Translations under genes and position numbers: made by a program | From: Nageia nagi | Lineage: Eukaryota; Plantae; Pinophyta | Assembly (NCBI GenBank): GCA_050084985.1 | Contig: JBITNC010000001.1 | Location: 71,734,001-71,798,000, forward strand | Length of the DNA: 64,000 nucleotides | Direction: 5' to 3' | The notes under the pieces: generated by a model | What the model saw: the letters and a program-made list of their open reading frames with translations, nothing else | Told to the model about the DNA's origin: nothing | Databases searched by the model: none | Shown: positions 41,515-64,000 of the stretch, piece by piece | How the letters are laid out: every line of letters begins with the position of its first letter | Numbering within the stretch: the stretch's first letter is position 1

Positions 41515-41815
41515 ATATTTTGTAGAAGCTATGAAGTAACTACTATGAAGAAGGACATAACATTGAAGTATCTACAGAGCGTTGAAGAAGGATGTAGCAC
41601 TAAAGTAACCACAAAGCGTTGAATAAGGATGTAGCATTGAAATAACTACAGAGAATTGGAGAAGGATGTAGTTTTGAAGTATCTACAAAATGCTGAAGGA
41701 CAAAGCGTTGAAGTATCTACAGAGCGTTGAAGGACATAGTATTGAAGTAACTATAAAGCTTTGAAGAAGGATGTAGCGTTGAAGTAACTATAGAGCATTG
41801 AATAAGGATATGTAA
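41515..41815. repeat. 34-37-bp tandem repeat, about 8 copies
   Basis: Consensus GAAGAAGGATGTAGCATTGAAGTAACTACAGAGCGTT. Confidence 0.9.
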
Positions 41816-42074
41816 CTAAAGTAACTTGTGTTAAACAAAGCTTTGTTGCATAACAAATCTCTAAAGTAGGACAAAGGATTGAAGTAATACAAAGTAAAAA
41901 TGAAGCACTCAAAAAGGACCAAAAATCAAAATGCCCATATTTCAACAAAAAAATTAGATAATAATATTTGGAAACATGGGTACTCAAAAATATAAAAATA
42001 TTATATATTTGAGTTCATATGCAAAAGAAAATAAATCATTTTATATTTGTGATAGGTGTCAAATTTGCAGCAAA

Positions 42075-42600
42075 GGCCATTTTGTCATAAGTGTTATGGA
42101 CAACTCGTAAGGAATTAGAGGCTAAAAATTTAAGTAAAGATATTCAATATGACAAATAAAATGTGTTTAAAATTTCAACTCATATGGAAATCCCAGGAGA
42201 AAATTATGAACCCCCAAAAATGCTTAATTTTATAATTTTAAAATACAGTTATGAATCAAGATCAAGAGCCATCTTGTCAGAGGTGTTACAGATAACTTGT
42301 AAGGAATTAGAGATTGAAAATATAACTGAACATATTTAATATGACAAAGAAGATGTGTTTCAAATTTCATCTCATTTGAAAATCTAAGGAGAAAGCTATG
42401 AACCTTGTAAAATGCTCAATTTTCTAATTTTAGATGACAGTTTTGAATCAAGATCAAGGGTCATCTTGTTAAAGGTGCTACGAATAACTCGTAAAAAATT
42501 AGATGCTGAAAATTTAACTAATGATAGTCAATATAACAGAAAATGTATTTAAAATTTTAGCTCATTTACAAAGCCAAGGAGAAATTTATGACCCCCAGAA
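42075..42600. repeat. ~190-bp tandem repeat, about 3 copies
   Basis: AACTCGTAAGGAATTAGAG.CT.AAAAT near 42102, 42294 and 42486. Confidence 0.8.
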
Positions 42601-45600
42601 AAGGTTGGTAGTTACTAAAAGATAATTACGTTATGACTATATACAAAGGTGTTTCAATTACAGCAATTACAAAATTGTAAATGACCACTTGGTATTTCAT
42701 CCATAGGAGTTACAAAAATAGAATATGACCACTTCCAGGTTGTGATAGAAAGAAAGAAATTTTATTAATGTCCTCGGGAGACCAAGAGTAGTTTATGGGA
42801 CGACTATAGGGAGTACATTGTATCACTCTTAGTGGGGTTTGAACATGAGACACTCTGTGAAATAGGATCACAACATGACCACCTCGACCAACAAACTGTG
42901 AGAGGAGTTATTAGTGGAAATAAGCCAAGTAAGTAGTGCAATGTATAATGGATGTCTACCTTGCTAGAACATAAAGGAAGTATTGTATCTTGGTTTAGAA
43001 ATTTGGATTTAGGCAAGAAAAGAGAGAATGATACATAGCCATCAGGAATAACAGAAAATAGAATAGATAGCATATGTACTAAGGCAGACATGGAGAGTAT
43101 GAGCAAAATTGATTAAAGAACAAAGAAATGAAATAGAGGAAATAGTGGTATGAGCTTAATTATTTTGATTGGCAAATAGGAGTTTATGTGTAATTTCTCT
43201 ATAAGTAGATTACACAAGAAAATAAGGAATCAATGAACTAAGAACCAGTCAAGGTTCTAGAAAATGTGAAGGCATCTTATATGCCAATATTATTGTTTTT
43301 ATGAAGACCAAGTTGGTGTTGGCAATAGGGGTTGGTGCTCCTTGCAATGGGTGCTGCTAAAGTAAGGTTGGTTGTAGCCATGCTTATCAGTGGTAGCTGA
43401 TGAAATATTGTAAGTCCAATTTTAAAGAGACTAGATTTGAATAGTAGCTCAAATAGTCATTTGAGCACTGTTGTTTTTTCCACATTGGGTTTCCACATTA
43501 TATCTTGTGTTGTGATATGCTATCATTGTGTGTGATTGTCTTATGATGCTTAATTAACTAGTTTGCAATTTAAAGAGAAATAACTAAGTTTGAAATGTTT
43601 TAGAACACGCTAATTCACACCCCCCTCTCAAGTGCCATTGTGATTATAACAAATAAATGATTAGTAGCATGAAAATTGCTATGCGACCAAAAATTACATG
43701 TACAATGCAAAATGAAATTAGTAATTTTGATTTCTTGTAGACACAAAAAAATCTGAACCTCCATACAATTTAGTAGCTTTTGCCATCTTACTATGGATTG
43801 TGTATTTTCATATTGTTTTTCAATCCACTTATATTCCATGAGAAAAAAAATCATGAGGAACTATGAAGGTTCATGATCTCCGTAGCATCTTCTAAGTCAC
43901 TCAATTGCTCAAGGGACTTGAATAAGTTGGAGATGAATTGCTCACTATTGTCTTGGAAAAAGGACATTTGATGTCAAACTTCCTACATCAAATGATGCTT
44001 ATCTTGATGAAAATCCCCCCTCTCACGAAGGTTGTAGGAGCAGTGAACCTCATACATCTAAACCTCCTCATGGAGAGGTTATTTGAAAGAAGGGGCAGTA
44101 AACTCCTCGAGTAAGGAGGAAACAATAAGAGTATGGGTCTCTACCACAACAAAAGAAAAAGATCAACCATACCAAATTGCAGGAGCTGCAATAGTAGGTT
44201 GCATGACAAGAGCATCAAGTTGAATCGAAAAAGGAGTGGAGGAAGGTGACTACATGATCACATTAGCTGAAGAAGCTTTTAGTAAATTGGGATTGAGTTC
44301 CATCGGTTGTTCTTATTGGTTGTTTGAGCAATGTTTTCAGTAGGTCACACTGGTCCACAAATCTTGACCTCCTTTCTCTCCATTAGCCAAAGTTGTTAGA
44401 GTTGAAGAATGGGGATGAGTCGAACGAGGTTTAAACTTACCCTCCATGAGCGAGGAATCATGTATCTTATGTATCGTGGATTTACAATTGTAATAGGTAT
44501 TCGATAAATTGATTTATATCATTTGTTGCATAGAATGTTTACTAATTTCGATGTCATGCTCTTATGTAGGTCTTTGGACAAGTTGACCTTAACACATACA
44601 TGCCTATTAAGGTAATCAGAGTAAATCTTAAGAAGTTCCATGCAGACAAATTTCCCAATGGAGGCTATCAACTTTTCAATAAAGGGCCAAAGAGGGATTG
44701 GGAGACTAGCGAATTCAATCCATATGAATACTTACAAAGAAGCCTCATCACTGACAATGAAACTATGGTGGTACGGTTAGAAAATCTGCAAGGAATTATG
44801 AACAAACCAATTAGCTTTATTCAAGATTTTTTGATCTTGAGAAGGATTCAAGAAATGTAATAGAGAAAACCCTTTAAACAAGTTATGAATGTACTCGACC
44901 TTAATACCATAAGGTTGCCATATAAGTTAAATCCAATTATAGATCAACATGTCATTTGGGATACAACCCAAAAAAGTAGCCTACCAAGGTATAACTTTCA
45001 AACCACTCACATGCAGAGTCGAACTCAGATAAAGAAATACAGACTTTAGAAACAGAGCCTCTACCTCATGGAACACCTTCAATATGAACTTGTGAGACAT
45101 TTTAATAGCATGATTCCTTGCTCTAGCAACTTCAACATTCACTAAAGTTGTCATATGAGTATGTGCCATTAAAAAGGAACACCACCTTAGATGGATGTAA
45201 ATGCAAGTACATATCAATACCAAAAATATCTCACACAAAACCTAAAGGGAAAGTGTGGTATGAACCAAGAGATTGGAAAACTCTAAAGCAGCTTGCATGC
45301 AATGTTCAACTCCAAAGGACTCTCAACAACACTTCAATACTTCATACTTTTGTTGATTGCCACAAAAACCAATTTGAAACAAGGAGGCTTCAAAACTCAA
45401 AGGGATTACAAATCTGTAAGGTTTGGAAAGGGTTGAAGATCTTATCCAATGGAAGAAAGTGAAAGATACATCTTTCCACAAATGTAATGTTGTTTAGTAT
45501 AAAATATATGGTATACAAAACCACAAAAACATGAGTATTCAATTATGCTATAAAATAAGAATATATTAATGATTGACATGAAAATAAAAATGAAAAAGCT

Positions 45601-46241
45601 ATGAAATAAAATTATATTTTCAAATGATACATGAAAATGAAGATGAAAGAAAAACCTATTACATCTTCAACTTTTTTTATTTTAAAGATAATTTTCATTA
45701 ATCTAAGTGTAATATAGCTTTTCTAATAAAGTAATATTGTTGTAATTTTTATTTCTTTTGGAAACATAGGAGTGAAATCTTGAATTTAGAGTTCATGTAT
45801 TTGGGGATCTCTTTTGTCAAAATCACATGAGAGTCGCACCCAACCACATCTACACCAACTCAATTTAGCATATTTTGGAAACATTAATTGTGATCATAAA
45901 CCATACTTGAGAAGCTACACATTGGCAGATGGATCCAAAAGCATCTAAATATAATCAGATAATATAAACCAAGAGTTACAAAATGAGCTTTTAAGGCAAC
46001 ACAATTTCACTATAAATGTTAAACTCCAACATAATGCTGATCATTCCCAGCATTAGATTGTTTGAAATATTAATTTAACAAATACATCTATCAAGATTTT
46101 GAAGAATGCTCTTATCCCTTCCTGTTATAATTGACCAAAGAAACCTTCCACGAACAAATTCCTACTTAAAACCTATAGCAATTATCACTGTCTTAGCCAT
46201 CTTGCGGCTAACATTACTTTTTAAAGCCATCTTGAAATGAA

Positions 46242-57686
<11,445 letters not shown>

Positions 57687-57706
57687 GGTCACGACTTTTT
57701 TATAGC

Positions 57707-57798
57707 CTGCAAAGAATTCACCTAACCACCACAGTCGCCACCTTCAGCGCACTTTCATACACCCTTCACGAGAAAAGCTCGTACCAATTGGTCTGAAC
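57707..57798 (-). other. Putative 5'-UTR intron of NADP-ME
   Basis: Minus strand CAG|GTTCAG donor at 57798 and TTCTTTGCAG| acceptor ending at 57707, 20 nt before the ATG; 92 nt. No transcript evidence. Confidence 0.5.
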
Positions 57799-57839
57799 CT
57801 GTATACAAGCTTTTCGCTTGGATTGTTTAGCGCTTCAAT

Positions 57840-57960
57840 TCTCAGTGCGTGAAGTTCTGGTCAGCTTCCGTTCCACATTCTGGGTATTTAAAGAGGTAGG
57901 TGTTATGCACGTTGAAAACGTCGTGCTGGGCGCAAATCCTCGTGGGTACAGAAAATTGCA
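57840..57960 (-). promoter_or_regulatory. Probable NADP-ME core promoter
   Basis: TATA-like TTTAAATA on the minus strand at 57885-57892, ACGT cores just upstream, local CpG retention. Confidence 0.4.
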
Positions 57961-59029
57961 ATTTATAAGATAGGTTTTTTTATTGTTTGACTATATAGTA
58001 TCTAAATGTGAATCCTATTCTCCTTCCATTTTATGTCTAGGAGAGGTAGATATGGAAGCCATTTTCTGTTTAAATGACAGAATTTTGGCTCTTGAAACAA
58101 GGGCTAGTTAGAGCACTTTCAATTAGCGGTTGAATTAGGCAAATGGTGAAGTGATGAACAAGAGGAAATTAGAGCCATGGTAAATCACAGGCTATTAAGG
58201 TTCAGTATTAAATGGATTGATTGATGGTATTTAATACTAAAATTGTAAAGGTTGATTGTCTTATATAACTTTACTTTTGTTATTGATTTTATATTTTCAT
58301 TTTAAAATATTAGTTGATTGTAAATAATATATTTAAAAAAAAAAAGTGTATAGAGTTTTTTTTAAGTTAATTGAAAAGTGAATATTGGTAAACCTCTTTT
58401 CATATTTAGAAGAAAGGTGTCATAGAGTTTGTGAATATTAGTAAATCTTTTTCATATTTTGAAGAAAGGGTTTAAATATTTTTCATGTTTTATTATGAAG
58501 GGTAAGGAGATTTGAACTTCAGTTTTCCATGGAGTATTCTCATTACTTCTCCAACTCCTCAAATATTATGATTGTTATGGAACTTTCTTAGTGTGTTATA
58601 CATGATAAAAATCTTTTACTTGATAGATTTAATATAAGCAATCATGAAAAATTCCTATCAATGTGAATAAGTTCAAGAGGATGAATTAATAAGAGTGTGT
58701 ATTAATGTTGTAAATGAACACAATATTTGAAGAGGGTTTCATATGAATCAACTCAAGCATGTTCTTCAAAGAGATTTGATATGAATAATTGTAAATAAAT
58801 TGTAAATAACCAAGTGTGTACTTTTATTTTACATGAGATTAGGTTGATGCAATTTGAATTTTTATATTTATATTCATAAATGTAGTTTAGAACTACTAAC
58901 TTGATAATTGTGTTAATCATGCAAAAATACTTAAATGAATGTAATATCTAATTTTAAATATAAAATCAAAATTGATAATTAGATAAGATCATTATATTCA
59001 TATCCACAAGTGATCAATGGGGTCAAAGG

Positions 59030-60490
59030 GACTTGGAGGTACAACCAAAGGAATAGAAACGAACTAGGAAAAAGTCCTTAGAGAAGAGAGCCAACAAAGA
59101 TAAATAATTAAACAAACAAACATAGGAAGTCGAGAGGTCAATCACCAAACCCAAACCATGGGATTATAATATCGAATCATTGTTGATACCAACGGTTAAA
59201 GGACTACAAGTTTCTATGAAGAAAGTGGTAATAAGGGATCGTCTACACTGCCTCGATAATAAAAATAAAGAGGAGATTTGATGTTGATCGAAAATAGGTC
59301 TGTGGTACTTAGTACGAGCAGGTCGTTAGTAGGTTTGTGCGATGACTCTTAGTGAAGATCATTGAAGAATTGATCTACTATTATCGAAGTGAGAGCTTGA
59401 AGAGTCTTAAGGATGCTTAATCCCCCCAATAGGATCAATAGGATGAAAAAAGGAAGTGATCAACCTAGTTAGGAATGGAAACCATGCACATCAATAGGTG
59501 GAGAACCCTGTGGATTTGAGTCTATGAATATAAAGGATGATATTTAAGATGCATTCAAGATAAAGGGATGGAGTTGGGAACTTAACCTAGATAATGCACT
59601 AGGGGACCATCCTTTTATAATGAATTATCCATTGAAACTTTAAAATTTGAAGTCATTCAAAATGGACCCAATTGATGAATCATAGTCTGGGAGTCCAAAT
59701 GTCACAACATATATGGAAATGATTCAAATAACGGTATTAAAAAGGTGCATCTTTGAAGGAACATCCTGAAAGTGGGATTTGAAAATATTAGTTTTCCCAA
59801 AATATAATGAGGGAATCATATCCCTTACAAAGATGTGATTGATAGGAAGGTCTCGAATTGAAAAAGGGTCCGAAGAATAGAGCCCTAAATAGGTGTATGA
59901 GATAATTACCTCCATAGGTTCTCCTTTGTAGAAAAATTGGTACTTAGAGGCTAGATCTCTAAAAGTATTAAAAATTACAACTTTAGTTTTTGTTGAGGTT
60001 AATAAGAAGTTATATGATATTGTAAAAATAATCAAGAGTATATAACTATATTTGTAAGCCATTGGTGTTATTATAAATAAGGATGACATCGTTATGGAAA
60101 AGATGAATAGAAATCATCACATAATGAAGAAAATAATTATCCTCTACATGAGTATAGTGCCAAAGGAACTCCTTAAGCTCATCAATATAGATATCAAAGA
60201 GGGACATGGAGAGGGGACAATCCTATTTAACCTCAAAGGTACTCTTGATAATGTCAAAGAGGCCATGAGGACTATGTAATTAGTTGATCACTATCTCATA
60301 TAACCTAGTGGTAGTTAAAGATCATATACACCAATATCACAAAGTCGTTGGACAAGGAGAGATCTTTGGACTAAGTCATTTAACCTTTTCTAAAGTCAAC
60401 AAAAGACTTTGATGGATCAATGATGAGCTTCCTTAATGGTGTCACAATGAGTAAAGATGCAATCAATGGTCTGGTAGTTACTTCTAAAAT
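59030..60490 (-). mobile_element. 5'-truncated LINE, reverse transcriptase remnant
   Basis: Minus-strand fragments FRSNYQTIDCIFT, VDFRK, PLSMSLFDIYIDEL, KTKVVIFN, EVIISYTYLGL (ORF 59724-60089). Confidence 0.8.
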
Positions 60491-63400
60491 AATTATTTTA
60501 CAATGAGAAAATTGATGATAATGTCAATCACACATATTAAGTAGCATATATATAGAAATTTATAAAGCAATATATGTGTTTTGAGTTATCTATATTTGCC
60601 TTGAGATTAAGCGAATCTAAAGTAATGCATATTGGATGTCAAAAGAGATTAATAATAATATTTAATTTTTTCAATATCGATATGGTTGCCATTAAAGCTT
60701 TGATTTGTTTGCAACTTAAGATGTTAGATTTTAGCTTTTCCCACTAATCTTACCTTTGTTGTTATAATTTAAAATTGCAATACATCCATTTGGATCATCA
60801 CTTTCTTAAAGATGACTTAAATTAATTTTTATTTTTACTTAAAGTGATTAGTTAATAATGAGTAGTCCTAAATTTAATAGTTTAAGTATTGACATCTAAA
60901 ACACATATTACACCAATTGTTTTAGAGGCACATATTATTAGAAGTATCTATCTTCAACCCACAAGTCAATAAATTCCTTGATTTTTATACAAAGTTAATT
61001 TCAATTAAATATAAACATGCTTCTAAGGATGGAGCAAGAAAACCTTCATTACTTATTTTATATGGAATGGCTTAAAACATATAACCAAATAGTTAACAAA
61101 TGACCTTAAGGGTAGTGATAATCTAGAAAATTCTACCCATCATAACGGACTACTTTGCTTCAAAATTGAAGGTCCGTGAGAAAAACATATGAAAAGAGAT
61201 CTCTTACATATTAATAAAGAAATCGAATGTTAAAATATATCTTCTTTGATAACTTTATGCATTATTACGTTTCTTGAATAAATCCTTAATAAAGGGATTT
61301 CTAACTCCAAAGGTATAATTGCCTAGTCTCCATAAACCAGGGAGATGGAGTTATCATAGTTGATATCCTAATTCCTATTCAATAAACCATATTATTATGT
61401 ATATTGATTATGTTAATTATCTCTATTTATATCTATTATCTTATATAATATGAAGTAGATAACTTATGTTGAATGTGGTATTTGTTAAAACATTGATTAC
61501 GTCAATCATCTGCATTATTATTTAATACTTTAAATAATGTAAAGTAGATAATTTATGTTGGATATGATATTTATTAGAAAGTGTTTTCATGATTTTACTT
61601 TTGAACAATATCTAATTGTTTAACATAATAATGAACAATAATTCAAATCTTGTGATAATATGAATTATTATACATTTAATAATATCTTTTAATTTATTTA
61701 AGATAGAAAAATAGCTTAAACCTATTTAATCAAGAGTTATGTGGATATAATAATAATTTGTATCTTCATGAAATTAATCATATCTACAACGTTAAATCTC
61801 CAAATTGAAAAAGATTAGAAGATGCTATGCTTTGTAATTCTTAAAAAAGAAATATGTATTAATTTTTTATGGTATTAAACAATATTTGCATTTTTTACAT
61901 ACCCACAATAATCATAGGCAATAGTAATCCATCATAATAATTTCTTTCCAACCATTGACGTGTACACTTTTCGTCCAACAATAAAAATGTCAGCAAGCGA
62001 GACGTACAATAATTTCCATACATATGAAAACCATAGGACAAACACATCTCTATCGTCAAATAGGAAATGTTGGTGGTAGGTGGAGTAGGTCAAAGTAGAC
62101 ACCATCCATAAATGTTGGGTATTGAATGGAGGATATGGACTCCAAGTGAATAAGAAGAAATCTCTACCGTCCGTTCCTCAATCTATCGGCCCAAGTGCTG
62201 ACGTGTTGAACAAGGACGAAATCCGATTTAGAGATGGGTAAATAAATGATTAAAATACATTTGCATAAAGTCAAGTTTCGCCGCGTAGGAATTTTTCTGA
62301 ACTTACTTGTTCGCCGCGTAACAATTTTTCTTGCCTCACCTTTTCTTCCAAAAAGTAGGGTTTGTGTGTTTAGGTAATTTGTCTCTATTTTTTTATGCAT
62401 GGTTTCGTGACTTTCGTCACTGTGATTTGGTAAGTAGTTAGCAAGAAAGAATATTTGAGATTTAGATTCAAATATTACAATGAAAATTATTTATTTTATC
62501 ATACAAATTACATAGTTTGTATTTAATGTGTGATTTTTTTCAATTTTAAATTTTTTAAAAATACATTTTTTTTTTGAGGAAGAGATTTTGATTTTTAAAG
62601 AATCTTTTAATCAATCAATTAACTATTAAGTACAAAAAATTCTTCTTTAAAATAGAGGTGTTTTTCTTCCTACCTCTAAAAAATTATACTAAGAGAGAAT
62701 CTATTTCATACTTAGATAGATTCGTATTCTACCGACTCTTCATTTAACCAAAATAGTACTAATATTAACAACATATGGACTATTTAGATTCCCTTTAATA
62801 CCTTGTTTGTTCCTGAGCATTCTTCAACATTTGAGTTGTTAGTTTCCCATTTGGATGACAAATATTAGTATTCTCGTACTCAAATTAGAATCAAGTTTGG
62901 GATATATTGATGTTTGTTCTTATGGTTTGAGCTATGTAGGATTATTTATATGTCATTTAGGTTTTATAAGAATTGGTTCAATAGGTTCACCCACTCCTCT
63001 AGCTTTGGTTATGCTCGATTCCTTTGGTTTTAGACATTCAACCTCCTTTGAGTTTGTGTCTTCAACCTTTGATTCCTTTTTTTTCGTGGTTGATTCTTCA
63101 TCAAGAACATTTCTTTAGATGATTTATCGTTGCTTGCAGGTCTTCTTATGACTAGGTGTCTTCTCCCTTTTGTACTTACTCACCCTCCTCCATCTTTGCT
63201 TTTCCCTTATCAACTTGTAAAGTAAGTTCTACCTTATTTGCTTCATAAATATTAAAATACATATTTTAAAGAAAATTATGATATTTTAAAATATTTATTT
63301 TAAATAAATATTTATTTAAATTATTAACATTGAGAGGCATTCCTATAGCTTCAACACGAGGTGAAGTATAGAACTAAGATATCGCATGTAAGTCTGTCAC

Positions 63401-64000
63401 TTAAACATCAACTTCAATATTTAAAAAAAATGAGTCAACTTTAATATTAAAAAAAAATAGTTGATTTCAAAGATATAATTTAGAACTATATAAAAAACCT
63501 ATTAAATATAATAAAAAACATTTCCAAGACCGCGTACATATGTGCAGGTGTTTAATTATTTGTTTGAACAGCCAACCAGAACTTCCAGCAGCCAACTTTC
63601 TCAAAACGGATTTGTGTGCCAGTTGACGTAGAAAAAAAGCAAAAGTTCCACATCTTGAGAAGGAATGCCATTTCCAAGGAAGAAAAGCCATATTCATAAG
63701 ATAATAACACGTCATTGCCAAGATCACAAGTTTCTTTTGAATGCTACCAAGCTGACTCTGCAATTGCTTATTCGAAACAACCATTATTTAAATTAGAGAA
63801 CCAAAATCAACCAATCCTATATTTTAAAGTATGAAACAAACAGATAAAAACAAGAGAAAAGAATAAGCATTGCGGAACCATCAACGTGTACAACTCTATT
63901 TAATAAAAAATATTGACTCTCTTTTAATGAAAAGAATTGTTGGTAAACGAGGCGTATTTCCATAGATATAAACACCATGGACAAAGACAAGTCTAATATT

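Larger units (their letters stand above)
41441..43651 (+). mobile_element. Solo LTR, about 2.2 kb, Copia-like
   Basis: TATTGAGAT (decayed TGTTG)...TATAACA termini; TSD AACAA (41436-41440) and AATAA (43652-43656); U5 motifs GGGTTTCCACATTATATCTTGTG and AATTCACACCCCCCTCT typical of Copia LTRs. Confidence 0.8.
40960..44450 (-). mobile_element. L1-type LINE fragment (ORF1 tail and AP endonuclease) split by a solo LTR
   Basis: FLCLQEIK (43615-43854 ORF) and IINIYNLND...WVLCGDLNMIE (41171-41353) are APE motifs; the frame joins as ATNH-LF-GKDRIV once 41441-43651 and one TSD copy are removed. Confidence 0.75.

Noticed and set aside
41515-41815. 37-bp periodic repeats resembling a CRISPR array
   Set aside because: Head-to-tail degenerate units with no unique spacers, inside a plant LTR, and no cas genes.
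58500-58565. Possible tRNA-derived SINE (minus-strand GTTCAAATC B-box)
   Set aside because: No clear A-box, tail or TSD; too short to support.
62790-63250. Purine-biased minus-strand stretch and 87-aa plus ORF
   Set aside because: No recognisable motif; probably a decayed TE fragment.

Overview
AT-rich, CpG-depleted nuclear DNA from a large plant genome (TE families and decay look gymnosperm-like; this is inference). There is one intact host gene: a 19-coding-exon NADP-dependent malic enzyme on the minus strand (ATG 57686 to stop 46242, 642 aa, N-terminal transit-peptide-like extension). Its last intron holds a complete 3.3-kb hAT transposon (16-bp TIRs, 8-bp TSD CATGAAAC) in opposite orientation. 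Positions 1-45 kb are nested, decayed retroelements: a pol-less LTR element with a tandemly duplicated 3' LTR, a full-length Reina-type chromovirus, a non-chromovirus Ty3/Gypsy with a solo LTR inside pol and about 4 kb of extra post-integrase sequence, an Ogre/Tat-like segment carrying an antisense plant-mobile-domain (PMD) pseudogene, an Ogre/Tat pol fragment with an extra RNase H, and an L1-type LINE split by a 2.2-kb solo LTR. Upstream of the gene are a LINE RT fragment and CpG-retaining patches that may be regulatory. I found no convincing new multi-gene system. The best leads are the direct-repeat-flanked introns of the hAT transposase, the possible dual-start malic enzyme and the PMD-carrying pol-less element.
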